Assembly (NCBI GenBank): GCA_964016885.1
Contig: CAXHJY010000669.1
Location: forward strand, 1 to 64,000
Origin: Eledone cirrhosa
Lineage: Eukaryota
Direction: 5' to 3'
Length of the DNA stretch: 64,000 nt
This document shows positions 36,791-52,100 of the stretch, in pieces. Numbering within the stretch: the first letter of the stretch is position 1; every line of letters begins with the position of its first letter. The position numbers were made by a program, and so were the translations under genes. The notes under the pieces were generated by a model. It saw only the letters and a program-made list of their open reading frames with translations, did not search any database and was not told the DNA's origin.

Positions 36791-37535
36791 ATATATGATT
36801 ATATATATATATCACATCTCATGTGTTGTATGTGTGTAGATTTGTGTGTTTGTGTGTCAATTCCCTTTCTTTATGATATGTACTTGCTAAAGGGTGGTAA
36901 CTCAACAAGACTAATAACTAAAGACCACTAAAATAAGTACAAGTCGAATTACTGTGTTTGTAGCAAGTGGGTAAATCTCACTATGCCCCAATGAGTAGAT
37001 GTAGTTATAGTTCAATGACTGAATCCAGTTGAATAATATATTTTTATTGTTCTCCACATCAAGAAATTAAATTATTCTCAGCTCCCTTTCTCTTTTCCAT
37101 CCCTCTCTGCCCCTACTACTTTCTCTTTGTCCCTTACATGTCTTTCTCTCTCTTCATCCTCTGTTCTCCCTCCTTTCTATCTATTCCCTTTCCTTTCACT
37201 ATCTCTTAAATGTCTTTCTTGCTCTCTACCCCCCCCCCCCTCCTTTCTATCTATCCATTACATACACACATGCCTGTATATTTGCACATTTCTCTAATGT
37301 AATTTGTATAATCTAACAAATTCTTCATCTAATGAGTTGTATATGAAAGTTAACAAGTGAATTAGAAATAGAAAGAGAGAGAAATAAAATTAAAGAGAGG
37401 AAGAGCAAGACAAGATTAGAAAGAGAGATAAAAAAGAAAGAGAGGAATAGAATTAAAGAGAGGAAGAGCAAGAGAAGATTAGAAAGAGCACTAGCAAAAG
37501 ATAGAGAGAGAAAAAAGAGAGATGATATCACTTAC

Positions 37536-37559
37536 ATTTGATGTAAGGTCCCTCCACAT
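37536..37559 (-). other. Candidate 24-nt micro-exon
   Basis: gtttcattctacatttacag|ATGTGGAGGGACCTTACATCAAAT|gtaagt. Splice signals only; no transcript evidence. Confidence 0.4.
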
Positions 37560-38514
37560 CTGTAAATGTAGAATGAAACATTAATAGAAGATTGGATTAA
37601 ATAAAAAGATAACATCTAACTTGCTGAAAATGATGAAATTTAATACTGAAATATTAACAGTAAGAAGTGTGTCCTCCTTCAACAAAGTTCCTGTTAAAGT
37701 CAACCAAGCTGGTGTATGTGACAAGCTTGACATCAGTACAAACGTGAAGATGTCCTGCAATGACAGGTTTATATAACCTATGCCAGAGGAGGAAATAGAT
37801 TTGTAAAACTATGACAATTCTGACAATATTTCAACTCACATAATGAACAGGTTTAATAAGAAGTCTATAAATGTTTATTTCTGTATTTACATTATACATA
37901 AATGTAGTAGCTTCAATAGTTAATTCTTAAACAATCTGTAATGGTTTAGAAAATATCTAAAAATAGCCTTGTTAATTCAAATGTTTATAGCATCTTTACT
38001 ATTAGATAGACCATTGTGAAAATCTTCAGTATTAGAGTAAAGATTTTAATATTAAATAGAATGAAGACATTGTTGTATTTTGTGTTTCAAGAATGTCTTT
38101 CTGATGTGGTTTCATGCAGTACAGGTCATTAAGGGTTAAGAATGCTGACAATACTAAAAGTTCATAACTTTTGTATTGATTTAACTGAAGCTATCCTGGG
38201 AAGTAAAAAAATAAAAGTTAAATGATATGAAAGCATTAGTTATTTATGAAGGAAAAGGAGTCTGGCTTTAGATACACTTAACTTTAGCCTGTATATTCTA
38301 AAAGCAACACCAAATATATACAGAATCAGTGAAAAATGAAATGGAAAACAATAAATTCTAGTATAGTTATCTAATTCTTTATATACTTCACATTTAATGT
38401 TATTGATATTCAGTATATTTAACCCTTTGGATACCAACTAGCCCCAAACTACCTCTGATTCTATGAAACAAAACCACCTATTTTAAAAGGTTTCCATTTA
38501 AATTAAAATCTTGA

Positions 38515-38810
38515 CAGGTTTGATGCCAAGTGCTACATGGCTGGAATGAAAATCAGTGCTGTAAAAACTGAGAGACTCGTTCTCTCGAGGAAGCTTGCAC
38601 ATTGCACTCTACATGAGATTGGAGTTCCACTGAAGTCGGTAGAGAAGTTTAAGTATCTCGGGGCTGTGTGCACATGTGATGGAAGGAAGGAGGCTGAATT
38701 AAATGCAAGAATTGCAGGAGCTGGTGCAGCAATGCACCAGCTTTAGCATTCAGTAATCAGAAGAAGGGAGGTAGACATAAAAGTCAAACTCACTATCTTC
38801 AATTCAGAGA
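38515..38810 (+). mobile_element. Old LINE RT-thumb fragment
   Basis: AGMKISAVKTE...LKSVEKFKYLG...ELNARIAGAGAAMHQL is typical of the non-LTR RT C-terminal region. Confidence 0.75.
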
Positions 38811-38956
38811 AGTAGTAGCTCTACCTGGAATGACTTTCTGATCTCCAAACCATGTACCCTATTGAGTAACGTTGTTCCAAAGACCCTTGAGAAGGACAAG
38901 AAGAGGAAGAAGAAAGAAAAAGAATAAAAAGAAAAGAGATTAGAAATTTCATTTAC

Positions 38957-38980
38957 CATTTTGGAATTTGATATTGGAAA
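38957..38980 (-). other. Candidate 24-nt micro-exon
   Basis: tttatttcttctggcctag|TTTCCAATATCAAATTCCAAAATG|gtaaat. Splice signals only. Confidence 0.3.
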
Positions 38981-39973
38981 CTAGGCCAGAAGAAATAAAT
39001 GCAGTTTCATAAGAAAACATTTTAAAATAAAAAATAGAAGATAACATTATGATAAACTGTGAACGTTTTTGCTCTGAAGACATAAATAAGTAGAAAAACT
39101 TTAAAGCAAAGAATGAAGAAGCCTTGCTTGAACAACTATTATTCAGCACACATTAAAGTATTGCTCACATATGGGAACTAGAACAAGCTACATCTTTTAA
39201 CAACATGCAAACAAAGACCATACATCTAATAAAGCAAGCTTTTACATCACTAACAGTTTACAAAACCTAGTGTCTATCATAAACATGTGTTTGCTCTTTC
39301 TCTAGCTTCTGTTACAAAAATGATTTTTGCTTCTCTGAACTTCCTCACTACATACTCTCTCCCCTCCCACCTTATCTATCACAAAGACTGTCTCCTCTCA
39401 TAGACACAACCCTAAATGTGTTGCCAAACCCTGCCATGGTTCCTTTCCAACAAGTCTGGCACTCTACTGTCTTGGCCACTTCCACTGCATTTTTATACAC
39501 TTTCATGATCTTATTTCTAATGAAAAGTACTTGCTTGGATGCTTTAATATATTTTGAAAATAAAACAAGAATTTCAAAAGGATTTAGTAGAATAAAAAAT
39601 GTACTTAATTAAGCTAGTGGTTGAAACACAGCATAGCATTAAGTTTCAATTGAAATATAAACACTTTAAGCCTTTTGATACTGCCTGAAACTGACCCAGG
39701 TTTTATTATACAAAATTATGTTTTAAAGTGTGTATATTTAACTGAAAACCTTTCACATTTTTATGTAAGGATCTTTGTTAAGTTATTTTTCAAACACCAA
39801 CTTAATAATGAGGAAATTAGTTATATTACTAAACCCCTCCAAATTCTTGATTATTTTTTGCTCTATGTCTAAGAATACATTATCCAAAGGGTCTTGTTTT
39901 CAAAGTTGGTAGTGCACGATTTAAGGGAGATTTGGCTGCAGTTTCTAACATAAACAGTTATAATGGAAATTAC

Positions 39974-40000
39974 AATAATGACAGTAATGAAGTTCCAGTT
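39974..40000 (-). other. Candidate 27-nt micro-exon
   Basis: cattccatttttcag|AACTGGAACTTCATTACTGTCATTATT|gtaatt. Splice signals only. Confidence 0.3.
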
Positions 40001-40194
40001 CTGAAAAATGGAATGTAAATTATTCCACCATGCAGGTATGACGTACAGTTTCTCATGACAAAATTCTCCCCAGAAATTTGAAAACTTAAGACAATTTCAA
40101 TCGAAGCCATTTTAACTTGATTACAACACTGAATTTCTATTGCATCAACTACAACAACATGACAATGATAAATATAATGTCAATAATTGAGATG

Positions 40195-43100
40195 ACAATT
40201 ACTGTTATGATGTGAAAATATTAGCTGTTATGATGTGACGAAAGAAACTGTTATGATGTGACAATAGTAACTGTTATGATGTGACAATAGTAACTGTTAT
40301 GATGTGACAATAGTAACTGTCATGATGTGACAATAGTAACTGTCATGATGTGACAATAGTAACGGTCATGATGTGACAATATTAGCTGTTATGTTGTGAC
40401 AATAGTAAATGTTATGATGTGACAATAGTAACTGTCATGATGTGACAATAGTAACTGTCATGATGTGACAGTATCTGTTATGATGTGACAATAGTAACTG
40501 TCATGATGTGACAATAGTAACTGTCATGATGTGACAATAGTAACTGTTATGATGTGACAGTATCTGTTATGATGTGACAATAGTAACTGTCATGATGTGA
40601 CAATAGTAACTATTATGATGTGACAATAGTAACTGTTATGATGTGACAATAGTAACTATCATGATGTGACAATAGTAAATGTCATGATGTAACAATAGTA
40701 AATGTCATGATGTAACAATAGTAAATGTCATGATGTAACAGTAGTAAATGTCATGATGTGACAATAGTAACTGTCATAATGTGACAATAGTAACTGTCAT
40801 GATGTGACAATAGAAACTGTCATGATGTGACAATAGTAACTGTCATGATGTGACAATAGTAACTGTCATGATGTGACAATAGTAACTGTCATGATGTGAC
40901 AATAGTAACTGTTATGATGTGACGATAGTAACTGTTATGATGTGACAATAGTAACTGTCATGATGTGACAATAGTAACTGTTATGATGTGACAGTATCTG
41001 TTATGATGTGACAATAGTAACTGTCATGATGTGACAATAGTAACTGTTATGATGTGACAATAGTAAATGTCATGATGTGACAATAGTAACTGTCATGATG
41101 TGACAATAGTAACTGTCATGATGTAACAAGAGTAACTGTTATGATGTGACAATAGTAACTGTCATGATGTGACAATAGTAACTGTCATGATGTGACAATA
41201 GTAACTGTTATGATGTGACAATAGTAACTGTCATGATGTGACAATAGTAACTGTCATGATGTGACAATAGTAACTGTCATGATGTGACAATAGTAACTGT
41301 CATGATGTGACAATAGTAACTGTTATGATGTGACAATAGTAACTGTCATGATGTGACAATAGTAACTGTCATGATGTGACAATAGTAACTGTCATGATGT
41401 GACAATAGTAACTGTCATGATGTGACAATAGTAACTGTTATGATGTGACAATAGTAACTGTCATGATGTGACAATAGTAACTGTCATGATGTGACAATAG
41501 TAACTGTTATGATGTGACAATAGTAACTGTCATGATGTGACAATAGTAACTGTCATGATGTGACAATAGTAACTGTCATGATGTGACAATAGTAACTGTC
41601 ATGATGTGACAATAGTAACTGTCATGATGTGACAATAGTAACTGTCATGATGTGACAATAGTAACTGTCATGATGTGACAATAGTAACTGTCATGATGTG
41701 ACAATAGTAACTGTCATGATGTGACAATAGTAACTGTTATGATGTGACAATAGTAACTGTCATGATGTGACAATAGTAACTGTCATGATGTGACAATAGT
41801 AACTGTTATGATGTGACAATAGTAACTGTCATGATGTGACAATAGTAACTGTCATGATGTAACAATAGTAAATGTCATGATGTAACAATAGTAAATGTCA
41901 TGATGTAACAATAGTAAATGTCATGATGTGACAATAGTAACTGTCATGGTGTGACAATAGTAAATGTCATGATGTGACAATAGTAACTGTCATGATGTAA
42001 CAATAGTAAATGTCATGATGTGACAATAGTAACTGTCATGATGTGACAATAGTAACAGTTATGATGTGACAATAGTAACTGTCATGATGTAACAATAGTA
42101 AATGTCATGACGTAACAATAATAAATGTTATGATGTAACAATAGTAACTGTCATGATGTGACAATAGTAACTGTCATGATGTAACAATAGTAAATGTCAT
42201 GACGTAACAATAATAAATGTTATGATGTAACAATAGTAACTGTCATGATGTGACAATAGTAACTGTCATGATGTGACAATAGTAACTGTCATGATGTAAC
42301 AATAGTAAATGTCATGATGTGACAATAGTAACTGTCATGATGTGACAATAGTAACTGTCATGATGTGACAATAGTAACTGTCATGATGTAACAATAGTAA
42401 ATGTCATGATGTGACAGTAACTGTCATGATGTGACAATAGTAACTGTCATGATGTAACAATAATAAATGTCATGATGTGACAGTAACTGTAATGATGTGA
42501 CAATAGTAACTGTCATGATGTGACAATAGTAACTGTCATGATGTGACAATAGTAACTGTCATGATGTGACAATAGTAACTGTCATGATGTGACAATAGTA
42601 ACTGTCATGATGTGACAATAGTAACTGTCATGATGTGACAATAGTAACTGTTATGATGTGACAATAGTAACTGTCATGATGTGACAATAGTAACTGTCAT
42701 GATGTGACAATAGTAACTGTCATGATGTGACAATAGTAACTGTCATGATGTGACAATAGTAACTGTCATGATGTGACAATAGTAACTGTCATGATGTGAC
42801 AATAGTAACTGTCATGATGTGACAATAGTAACTGTCATGATGTGACAATAGTAACTGTCATGATGTGACAATAGTAACTGTCATGATGTGACAATAGTAA
42901 CTGTTATGATGTGACAATAGTAACTGTTATGATGTGACAATAGTAAATGTCATGATGTGACAATAGTAACTGTCATGATGTGACAATAGTAACTGTCATG
43001 ATGTGACAATAGTAACTGTTATGATGTGACAATAGTAAATGGCATGATGTGACAATAGTAACTGTCATGATGTGACAATAGTAAGTGTCATGATGTGACA

Positions 43101-46100
43101 ATAGTAACTGTTATGATGTGACAATAGTAAATGTCATGATGTGACAATAGTAACTGTCATGATGTGACAATAGTAACTGTCATGATGTGACAATAGTAAC
43201 TGTCATGATGTGACAATAGTAACTGTCATGATGTGACAATAGTAACTGTTACGATGTGACAGTATCTGTTATGATGTGACAATAGTAACTGTCATGATGT
43301 GACAATAATAAATATTATGATGTGACAATAGTAACTGTCATGATGTGACAATAGTATCTGTCATGATGTGACAATAGTAACTGTCATGATGTGACAATAG
43401 TAACTGTCATGATGTGACAATAGTAACTGTCATGATGTGACAATAGTAACTGTCATGATGTGACAATAGTAACTGTCATGATGTGACAATAGTAACTGTC
43501 ATGATGTGACAATAGTAACTGTCATGATGTGACAATAGTAACTGTCATGATGTGACAATAGTAACTGTCATGATGTGACAATAGTAACCGTCATGATGTG
43601 ACAATAGTAACTGTTATGATGTGACAATAGTAACTGTCATGATGTGACAATAGTAACTGTCATGATGTGACAATAGTAACTGTCATGATGTGACAATAGT
43701 AACTGTTATAATGTGACAATAGTAACTGTCATGATGTGACAATAGTATCTGTCATGATGTGACAATAGTAAATGTCATGATGTAACAATAGTAACTGTTA
43801 TGATGTGACAATAGTAACTATTATGATGTGACAATAGTAACTGTCATGATGTGACAATAGTAACTGTCATGATGTGACAATAGTAACTGTCATGATGTGA
43901 CAATAGTAACTGTCATGATGTGACAATAGTAACTGTCATGATGTGACAATAGTAACTGTTATGATGTGACAATAGTAAATGTCATGATGTGACAATAGTA
44001 ACTGTTATGATTTGACAATAGTAACTGTCATGATGTGACAATAGTAACTGTCATGATGTGACAATAGTAAGTGTCATGATGTGACAATAGTAACTGTCAT
44101 GATGTGACAATAGTAACTGTCATGATGTGACAATAGTATCTGTCATGATGTGACAATAGTAAATGTCATGATGTGACAATTGTAACTGTCATGATGTGAC
44201 AATAGTAACTTATGATGTGACAATAGTAATGGTCATGATGTGACAATAGTAACTGTCATGATGTGACAATAGTAACTGTCATGATGTGACAATAGTAACT
44301 GTCATGATGTGACAATAGTAACTATCATGATGTGACAATCGTAACTGTCATGATGTGACAATAGTAACTGTCATGATGTGACAATAGTAAATGTTATGAT
44401 GTGACAATAGTAACTGTCATGATGTGACAATAGTAACTATCATGATGTGACAATAGTAACTGTCATGATGTGACAATAGTAACTGTCATGATGTGACAAT
44501 AGTAACTGTCATGATGTGACAATAGTAACTGTCATGATGTGACAATAGTAACTGTCATGATGTGACAATAGTAACTGTTATGTGACAATAGTAACTGTCA
44601 TGATGTGACAATAGTAACTGTCATGATGTGACAATAGTAACTGTCATGATGTGACAATAGTAAATGTCATGATGTGACAATAGTAAATGTCATGATGTGA
44701 CAATAGTAACTGTTATGATGTAACAATAGTAACTGTCATGATGTGACAGTAGTAACTGTCATGATGTGACAATAGTAACTGTCATGATGTGACAATAGTA
44801 ACTGTCATGATGTGACAATAGTAACTGTCATGATGTGACAATAGTAACTGTCATGATGTGACAATAGTAACTGTTATGATGTGACAATAGTAACTGTCAT
44901 GATGTGACAATAGTATCTGTCATGATGTGACAATAGTAACTGTCATGATGTGACAATAGTAACTGTCATGATGTGACAATAGTAACTGTCATGATGTGAC
45001 AATAGTAACTGTCATGATGTGACAATAGTAACTGTCATGATGTGACAATAGTAACTGTCATGATGTGACAATAGTAACTGTCATGATGTGACAATAGTAA
45101 CTGTCATGATGTGACAATAGTAAATGTTATGATGTGACAATAGTAACTGTCATGATGTGACAATAGTAACTGTCATGATGTGACAATAGTAACTGTTATG
45201 ATGTGACAATAGTAACTGTCATGATGTGACAATAGTAACTGTCATGATGTGACAATAGTAACTGTCATGATGTGACAATAGTAACTGTCATGATGTGACA
45301 ATAGTAACTGTCATGATGTGACAATAGTAACTGTCATGATGTGACAATAGTAACTGTCATGATGTGAAAATAGTAAATGTCATGATGTGACAATAGTAAC
45401 TGTCATGATGTGACAATAGTAACTGTCATGATGTGACAATGGTAAATGTTATGATGTGACAATAGTAACTGTCATGATGTGACAATAGTAACTGTCATGA
45501 TGTGACAATAGTAACTGTCATGATGTGACAATAGTAACCGTCATGATGTGACAATAGTAACTGTCATGATGTGACAATAGTAACTGTCATGATGTGACAA
45601 TAGTAACTGTCATGATGTGACAATAGTAACTGTCATGATGTGACGATAGTAACTGTTATGATGTGACAATAGTAACTGTTATGATGTAACAATCGTAACT
45701 GTCATGATTTGACAATAGTAACTGTCATGATGTGACAATAGTAACTGTTATGATGTGACAATAGTAACTGTCATGATGTGACAATAGTAACTGTCATGAT
45801 GTGACAATAGTAACTGTCATGATGTGACAATGGTAAATGTTATGATGTGACAATAGTAACTGTCATGATGTGACAATAGTAACCGTCATGATGTGACAAT
45901 AGTAACTGTCATGATGTGACAATAGTAACTGTCATGATGTGACAATAGTAACTGTCATGATGTGACAATAGTAAGTGTCATGATGTGACAATAGTAACTG
46001 TCATGATATGACAATAGTAACTATCATGATGTGACAATAGTAACTATCATGATGTGACAATAGTAACTGTCATGATGTGACAATAGTAACTGTCATGATG

Positions 46101-49100
46101 TGACAATAGTAACTGTCATGATGTGACAATAGTAACTGTCATGATGTGACAATAGTAACTGTCATGATGTGACAATAGTAACTATCATGATGTGACAATA
46201 GTAACTGTCATGATGTGACAATAGTAACTGTCATGATGTGACAATAGTAACTGTCATGATGTGACAATAGTAAATGTCATGATGTGACAATAGTAACTGT
46301 CATGATGTGACAATAGTAACTGTCATGATGTGACAATGGTAAATGATATGATGTGACAATAGTAACTGTCATGATGTGACAATAGTAACTGTCATGATGT
46401 GACAATAGTAACTGTCATGATGTGACAATAGTAACTGTTATAATGTGACAATAGTAACTGTCATGATGTGACAAAAGTATCTGTCATGATGTGACAATAG
46501 TAAATGTCATGATGTGACAATAGTAACTGTTATGATGTGACAATAGTAACTGTTATGATGTGACAATAGTAACTGTCATGATGTGACAATAGTAACTGTC
46601 ATGATGTGACAATAGTAACTGTCATGATGTGACAATAGTAACTGTCATGATGTGACAATAGTAACTGTTATGATCTGACAATAGTAAATGTCATGATGTG
46701 ACAATAGTAACTGTTATGATGTGACAATAGTAACTGTCATGATGTGACAATAGTAACTGTCATGATGTGACAATAGTAAGTGTCATGATGTGACAATAGT
46801 AACTGTCATGATGTGACAATAGTAACTGTCATGATGTGACAATAGTATCTGTCATGATGTGACAATAGTAAATGTCATGATGTGACAATAGTAACTGTCA
46901 TGATGTGACAATAGTAACTTATGATGTGACAATAGTAACTGTCATGATGTGACAATAGTAACTGTCATGATGTGACAATAGTAACTGTCATGATGTGACA
47001 ATAGTAAATGTTATGATGTGACAATAGTAACTGTCATGATGTGACAATAGTAACTATCATGATGTGACAATAGTAACTGTCATGATGTGACAATAGTAAC
47101 TGTCATGATGTGACAATAGTATCTGTCATGATGTGACAATAGTAACTGTCATGATGTGACAATAGTAACTGTCATGATGTGACAATAGTAACTGTCATGA
47201 TGTGACAATAGTAACTGTCATGATGTGACAATAGTAACTGTCATGATGTGACAATAGTAACTGTCATGATGTGACAATAGTAAATGTTATGATGTGACAA
47301 TAGTAACTGTCATGATGTGACAATAGTAACTGTCATGATGTGACAATAGTAACTGTTATGATGTGACAATAGTAACTGTCATGATGTGACAATAGTAACT
47401 GTCATGATGTGACAATAGTAACTGTCATGATGTGACAATAGTAACTGTCATGATGTGACAATAGTAACTGTCATGATGTGACAATAGTAACTGTCATGAT
47501 GTGACAATAGTAAGTGTCATGATGTGACAATAGTAACTGTCATGATGTGACAATAGTAAATGTCATGATGTGACAATAGTAACTGTCATGATGTGACAAT
47601 AGTAACTGTCATGATGTGACAATAGTAACTGTCATGATGTGACAATAGTAACTGTTATGATGTGACAATAGTAACTGTTATGATGCGACAATCGTAACTG
47701 TCATGATTTGACAATAGTAACTGTAATGATGTGACAATAGTAACTGTCATGATGTGACAATAGTAATTGTCATGATGTAACAATAGTAAATGTCATGACG
47801 TAACAATAATAAATGTTATGATGTAACAATAGTAACTGTCATGATGTGACAATAGTAACTGTCATGATGTGACAATAGTAACTGTCATGATGTAACAATA
47901 GTAAATGTCATGATGTGACAATAGTAACTGTCATGATGTGACAATAGTAACTGTCATGATGTGACAATAGTAACTGTCATGATGTAACAATAGTAAATGT
48001 CATGATGTGACAGTAACTGTCTTGATGTGACAATAGTAACTGTCATGATGTAACAATAGTAAATGTCATGATGTGACAGTAACTGTCATGATGTGACAAT
48101 AGTAACTGTCATGATGTGACAATAGTAACTGTCATGATGTGACAATAGTAACTGTCATGATGTGACAATAGTAACTGTCATGATGTGACAATAGTAACTG
48201 TCATGATGTGACAATAGTAACTGTTATGTGACAATAGTAACTGTCATGATGTGACAATAGTAACTGTCATGATGTGACAATAGTAACTGTCATGATGTGA
48301 CAATAGTAACTGTCATGATGTGACAATAGTAACTGTCATGATGTGACAATAGTAACTGTCATGATGTGACAATAGTAACTGTCATGATGTGACAATAGTA
48401 ACTGTCATGATGTGACAATAGTAACTGTTATGATGTGACAATAGTAAATGTCATGATGTGACAATAGTAACTGTCATGATGTGACAATAGTAACTGTCAT
48501 GATGTGACAATAGTAACTGTCATGATGTGACAATAGTAACTGTTATGTGACAATAGTAACTGTCATGATGTGACAATAGTAACTGTCATGATGTGACAAT
48601 AGTAACTGTCATGATGTGACAATAGTAACTGTCATGATGTGACAATAGTAACTGTCATGATGTGACAATAGTAACTGTCATGATGTGACAATAGTAACTG
48701 TCATGATGTGACAATAGTAAATGTCATGATGTGACAATAGTAACTGTTATGATGTGACAATAGTAACTGTCATGATGTGACAATAGTAACTGTTATGATG
48801 TGACAATAGTAAATGGCATGATGTGACAATAGTAACTGTCATGATGTGACAATAGTAACTGTCATGATGTGACAATAGTAACTGTTATGATGTGACAATA
48901 GTAAATATCATGATGTGACAATAGTAACTGTCATGATGTGACAATAGTAACTGTCATGATGTGACAATAGTAACTGTCATGATGTGACAATAGTAACTGT
49001 CATGATGTGACAATAGTAACTGTTACGATGTGACAGTATCTGTTATGATGTGACAATAGTAACTGTCATGATGTGACAATAATAAATGTTATGATGTGAC

Positions 49101-52100
49101 AATAGTAACTGTCATGATGTGACAATAGTATCTGTCATGATGTGACAATAGTAACTGTCATGATGTGACAATAGTAACTGTCATGATGTGACAATAGTAA
49201 CTGTCATGATGTGACAATAGTAACTGTCATGATGTGACAATAGTAACTGTCATGATGTGACAATAGTAACTGTCATGATGTGACAATAGTAACTGTCATG
49301 ATGTGACAATAGTAACTGTCATGATGTGACAATAGTAACTGTTATGATGTGACAATAGTAACTGTCATGATGTGACAATAGTAACTGTCATGATGTGACA
49401 ATAGTAACTGTCATGATGTGACAATAGTAACTGTTATAATGTGACAATAGTAACTGTCATGATGTGACAATAGTATCTGTCATGATGTGACAATAGTAAC
49501 TGTTATGATGTGACAATAGTAACTGTTATGATGTGACAATAGTAACTGTCATGATGTGACAATAGTAACTGTCATGATGTGACAATAGTAACTGTCATGA
49601 TGTGACAATAGTAACTGTCATGATGTGACAATAGTAACTGTCATGATGTGACAATTGTAACTGTCATGATGTGACAATAGTAAATGTCATGATGTGACAA
49701 TAGTAACTGTTATGATTTGACAATAGTAACTGTCATGATGTGACAATAGTAACTGTCATGATGTGACAATAGTAAGTGTCATGATGTGACAATAGTAACT
49801 GTCATGATGTGACAATAGTATCTGTCATGATGTGACATTAGTAAATGTCATGATGTGACAATAGTAACTGTCATGATGTGACAATAGTAACTTATGATGT
49901 GACAATAGTAATTGTCATGATGTGACAATAGTAACTGTCATGATGTGACAATAGTAACTGTCATGATGTGACAATAGTAACTGTCATGATGTGACAATAG
50001 TAACTGTCATGATGTGACAATAGTAACTGTCATGATGTGACAATCGTAACTGTCATGATGTGACAATAGTAACTGTCATAATGTGACAATAGTAACTGTC
50101 ATGATGTGACAATAGTAACTGTTATGATGTGACAATAGTAAATGTCATGATGTGACAATAGTAACTGTCATGATGTGACAATAGTAACTGTCATGATGTG
50201 ATAATAGTAACTGTTATGATGTGACAATAGTAAATGTCATGATGTGACAATAGTAACTGTTATGATGTGACAATAGTAACTGTCATGATGTGACAATAGT
50301 AACTGTTATGATGTGACAATAGTAAATGGCATGATGTGACAATAGTAACTGTCATAATGTGACAATAGTAACTGTCATGATGTGACAATAGTAACTGTTA
50401 TGATGTGACAATAGTAAATGTCATGATGTGACAATAGTAACTGTCATGATGTGACAATAGTAACTGTCATGATGTGACAATAGTAACTGTCATGATGTGA
50501 CAATAGTAACTGTTACGATGTGACAGTATCTGTTATGATGTGACAATAGTAACTGTCATGATGTGACAATAATAAATGTTATGATGTGACAATAGTAACT
50601 GTCATGATGTGACAATAGTATCTGTCATGATGTGACAATAGTAACTGTCATGATGTGACAATAGTAACTGTCATGATGTGACAATAGTAACTGTTATGAT
50701 GTGACAATAGTAACTGTTATGATGCGACAATCGTAACTGTCATGATTTGACAATAGTAACTGTAATGATGTGACAATAGTAACTGTCATGATGTGACAAT
50801 AGTAACTGTCATGATGTAACAATAGTAAATGTCATGACGTAACAATAATAAATGTTATGATGTAACAATAGTAACTGTCATGATGTGACAATAGTAACTG
50901 TCATGATGTGACAATAGTAACTGTCATGATGTGACAATAGTAACTGTCATGATGTGACAATAGTAACTGTCATGATGTAACAATAGTAAATGTCATGATG
51001 TGACAGTAACTGTCTTGATGTGACAATAGTAACTGTCATGATGTAACAATAGTAAATGTCATGATGTGACGGTAACTGTCATGATGTGACAATAGTAACT
51101 GTCATGATGTGACAATAGTAACTGTCATGATGTGACAATAGTAACTGTCATGATGTGACAATAGTAACTGTCATGATGTGACAATAGTAACTGTCATGAT
51201 GTGACAATAGTAACTGTCATGATGTGACAATAGTAACTATTATGATGTGACAATAGTAACTGTCATGATGTGACAATAGTAACTGTCATGATGTGACAAT
51301 AGTAACTGTCATGATGTGACAATAGTAACTGTCATGATGTGACAATAGTAACTGTCATGATGTGACAATAGTAACTGTCATGATGTGACAATAGTAACTG
51401 TCATGATGTGACAATAGTAACTGTCATGATGTGACAATAGTAACTGTTATGATGTGACAATAGTAAATGTCATGATGTGACAATAGTAACTGTCATGATG
51501 TGACAATAGTAACTGTCATGATGTGACAATAGTAACTGTTATGATGTGACAATAGTAAATGTCATGATGTGACAATAGTAACTGTTATGATGTGACAATA
51601 GTAACTGTCATGATGTGACAATAGTAACTGTTATGATGTGACAATAGTAAATGGCATGATGTGACAATAGTAACTGTCATGATGTGACAATAGTAACTGT
51701 CATGATGTGACAATAGTAACTGTTATGATGTGACAATAGTAAATGTCATGATGTGACAATAGTAACTGTCATGATGTGACAATAGTAACTGTCATGATGT
51801 GACAATAGTAACTGTCATGATGTGACAATAGTAACTGTTACGATGTGACAGTATCTGTTATGATGTGACAATAGTAACTGTCATGATGTGACAATAATAA
51901 ATGTTATGATGTGACAATAGTAACTGTCATGATGTGACAATAGTATCTGTCATGATGTGACAAGAGTAACTGTCATGATGTGACAATAGTAACTGTCATG
52001 ATGTGACAATAGTAACTGTCATGATGTGACAATAGTAACTGTCATGATGTGACAATAGTAACTGTCATGATGTGACAATAGTAACTGTCATGATGTGACA

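Noticed and set aside
37621-37754. Possible 134-nt minus-strand exon after tcattgcag
   Set aside because: Weak donor (gttaga), it would leave only a 61-nt intron to the next candidate, and the peptide is not recognisable.
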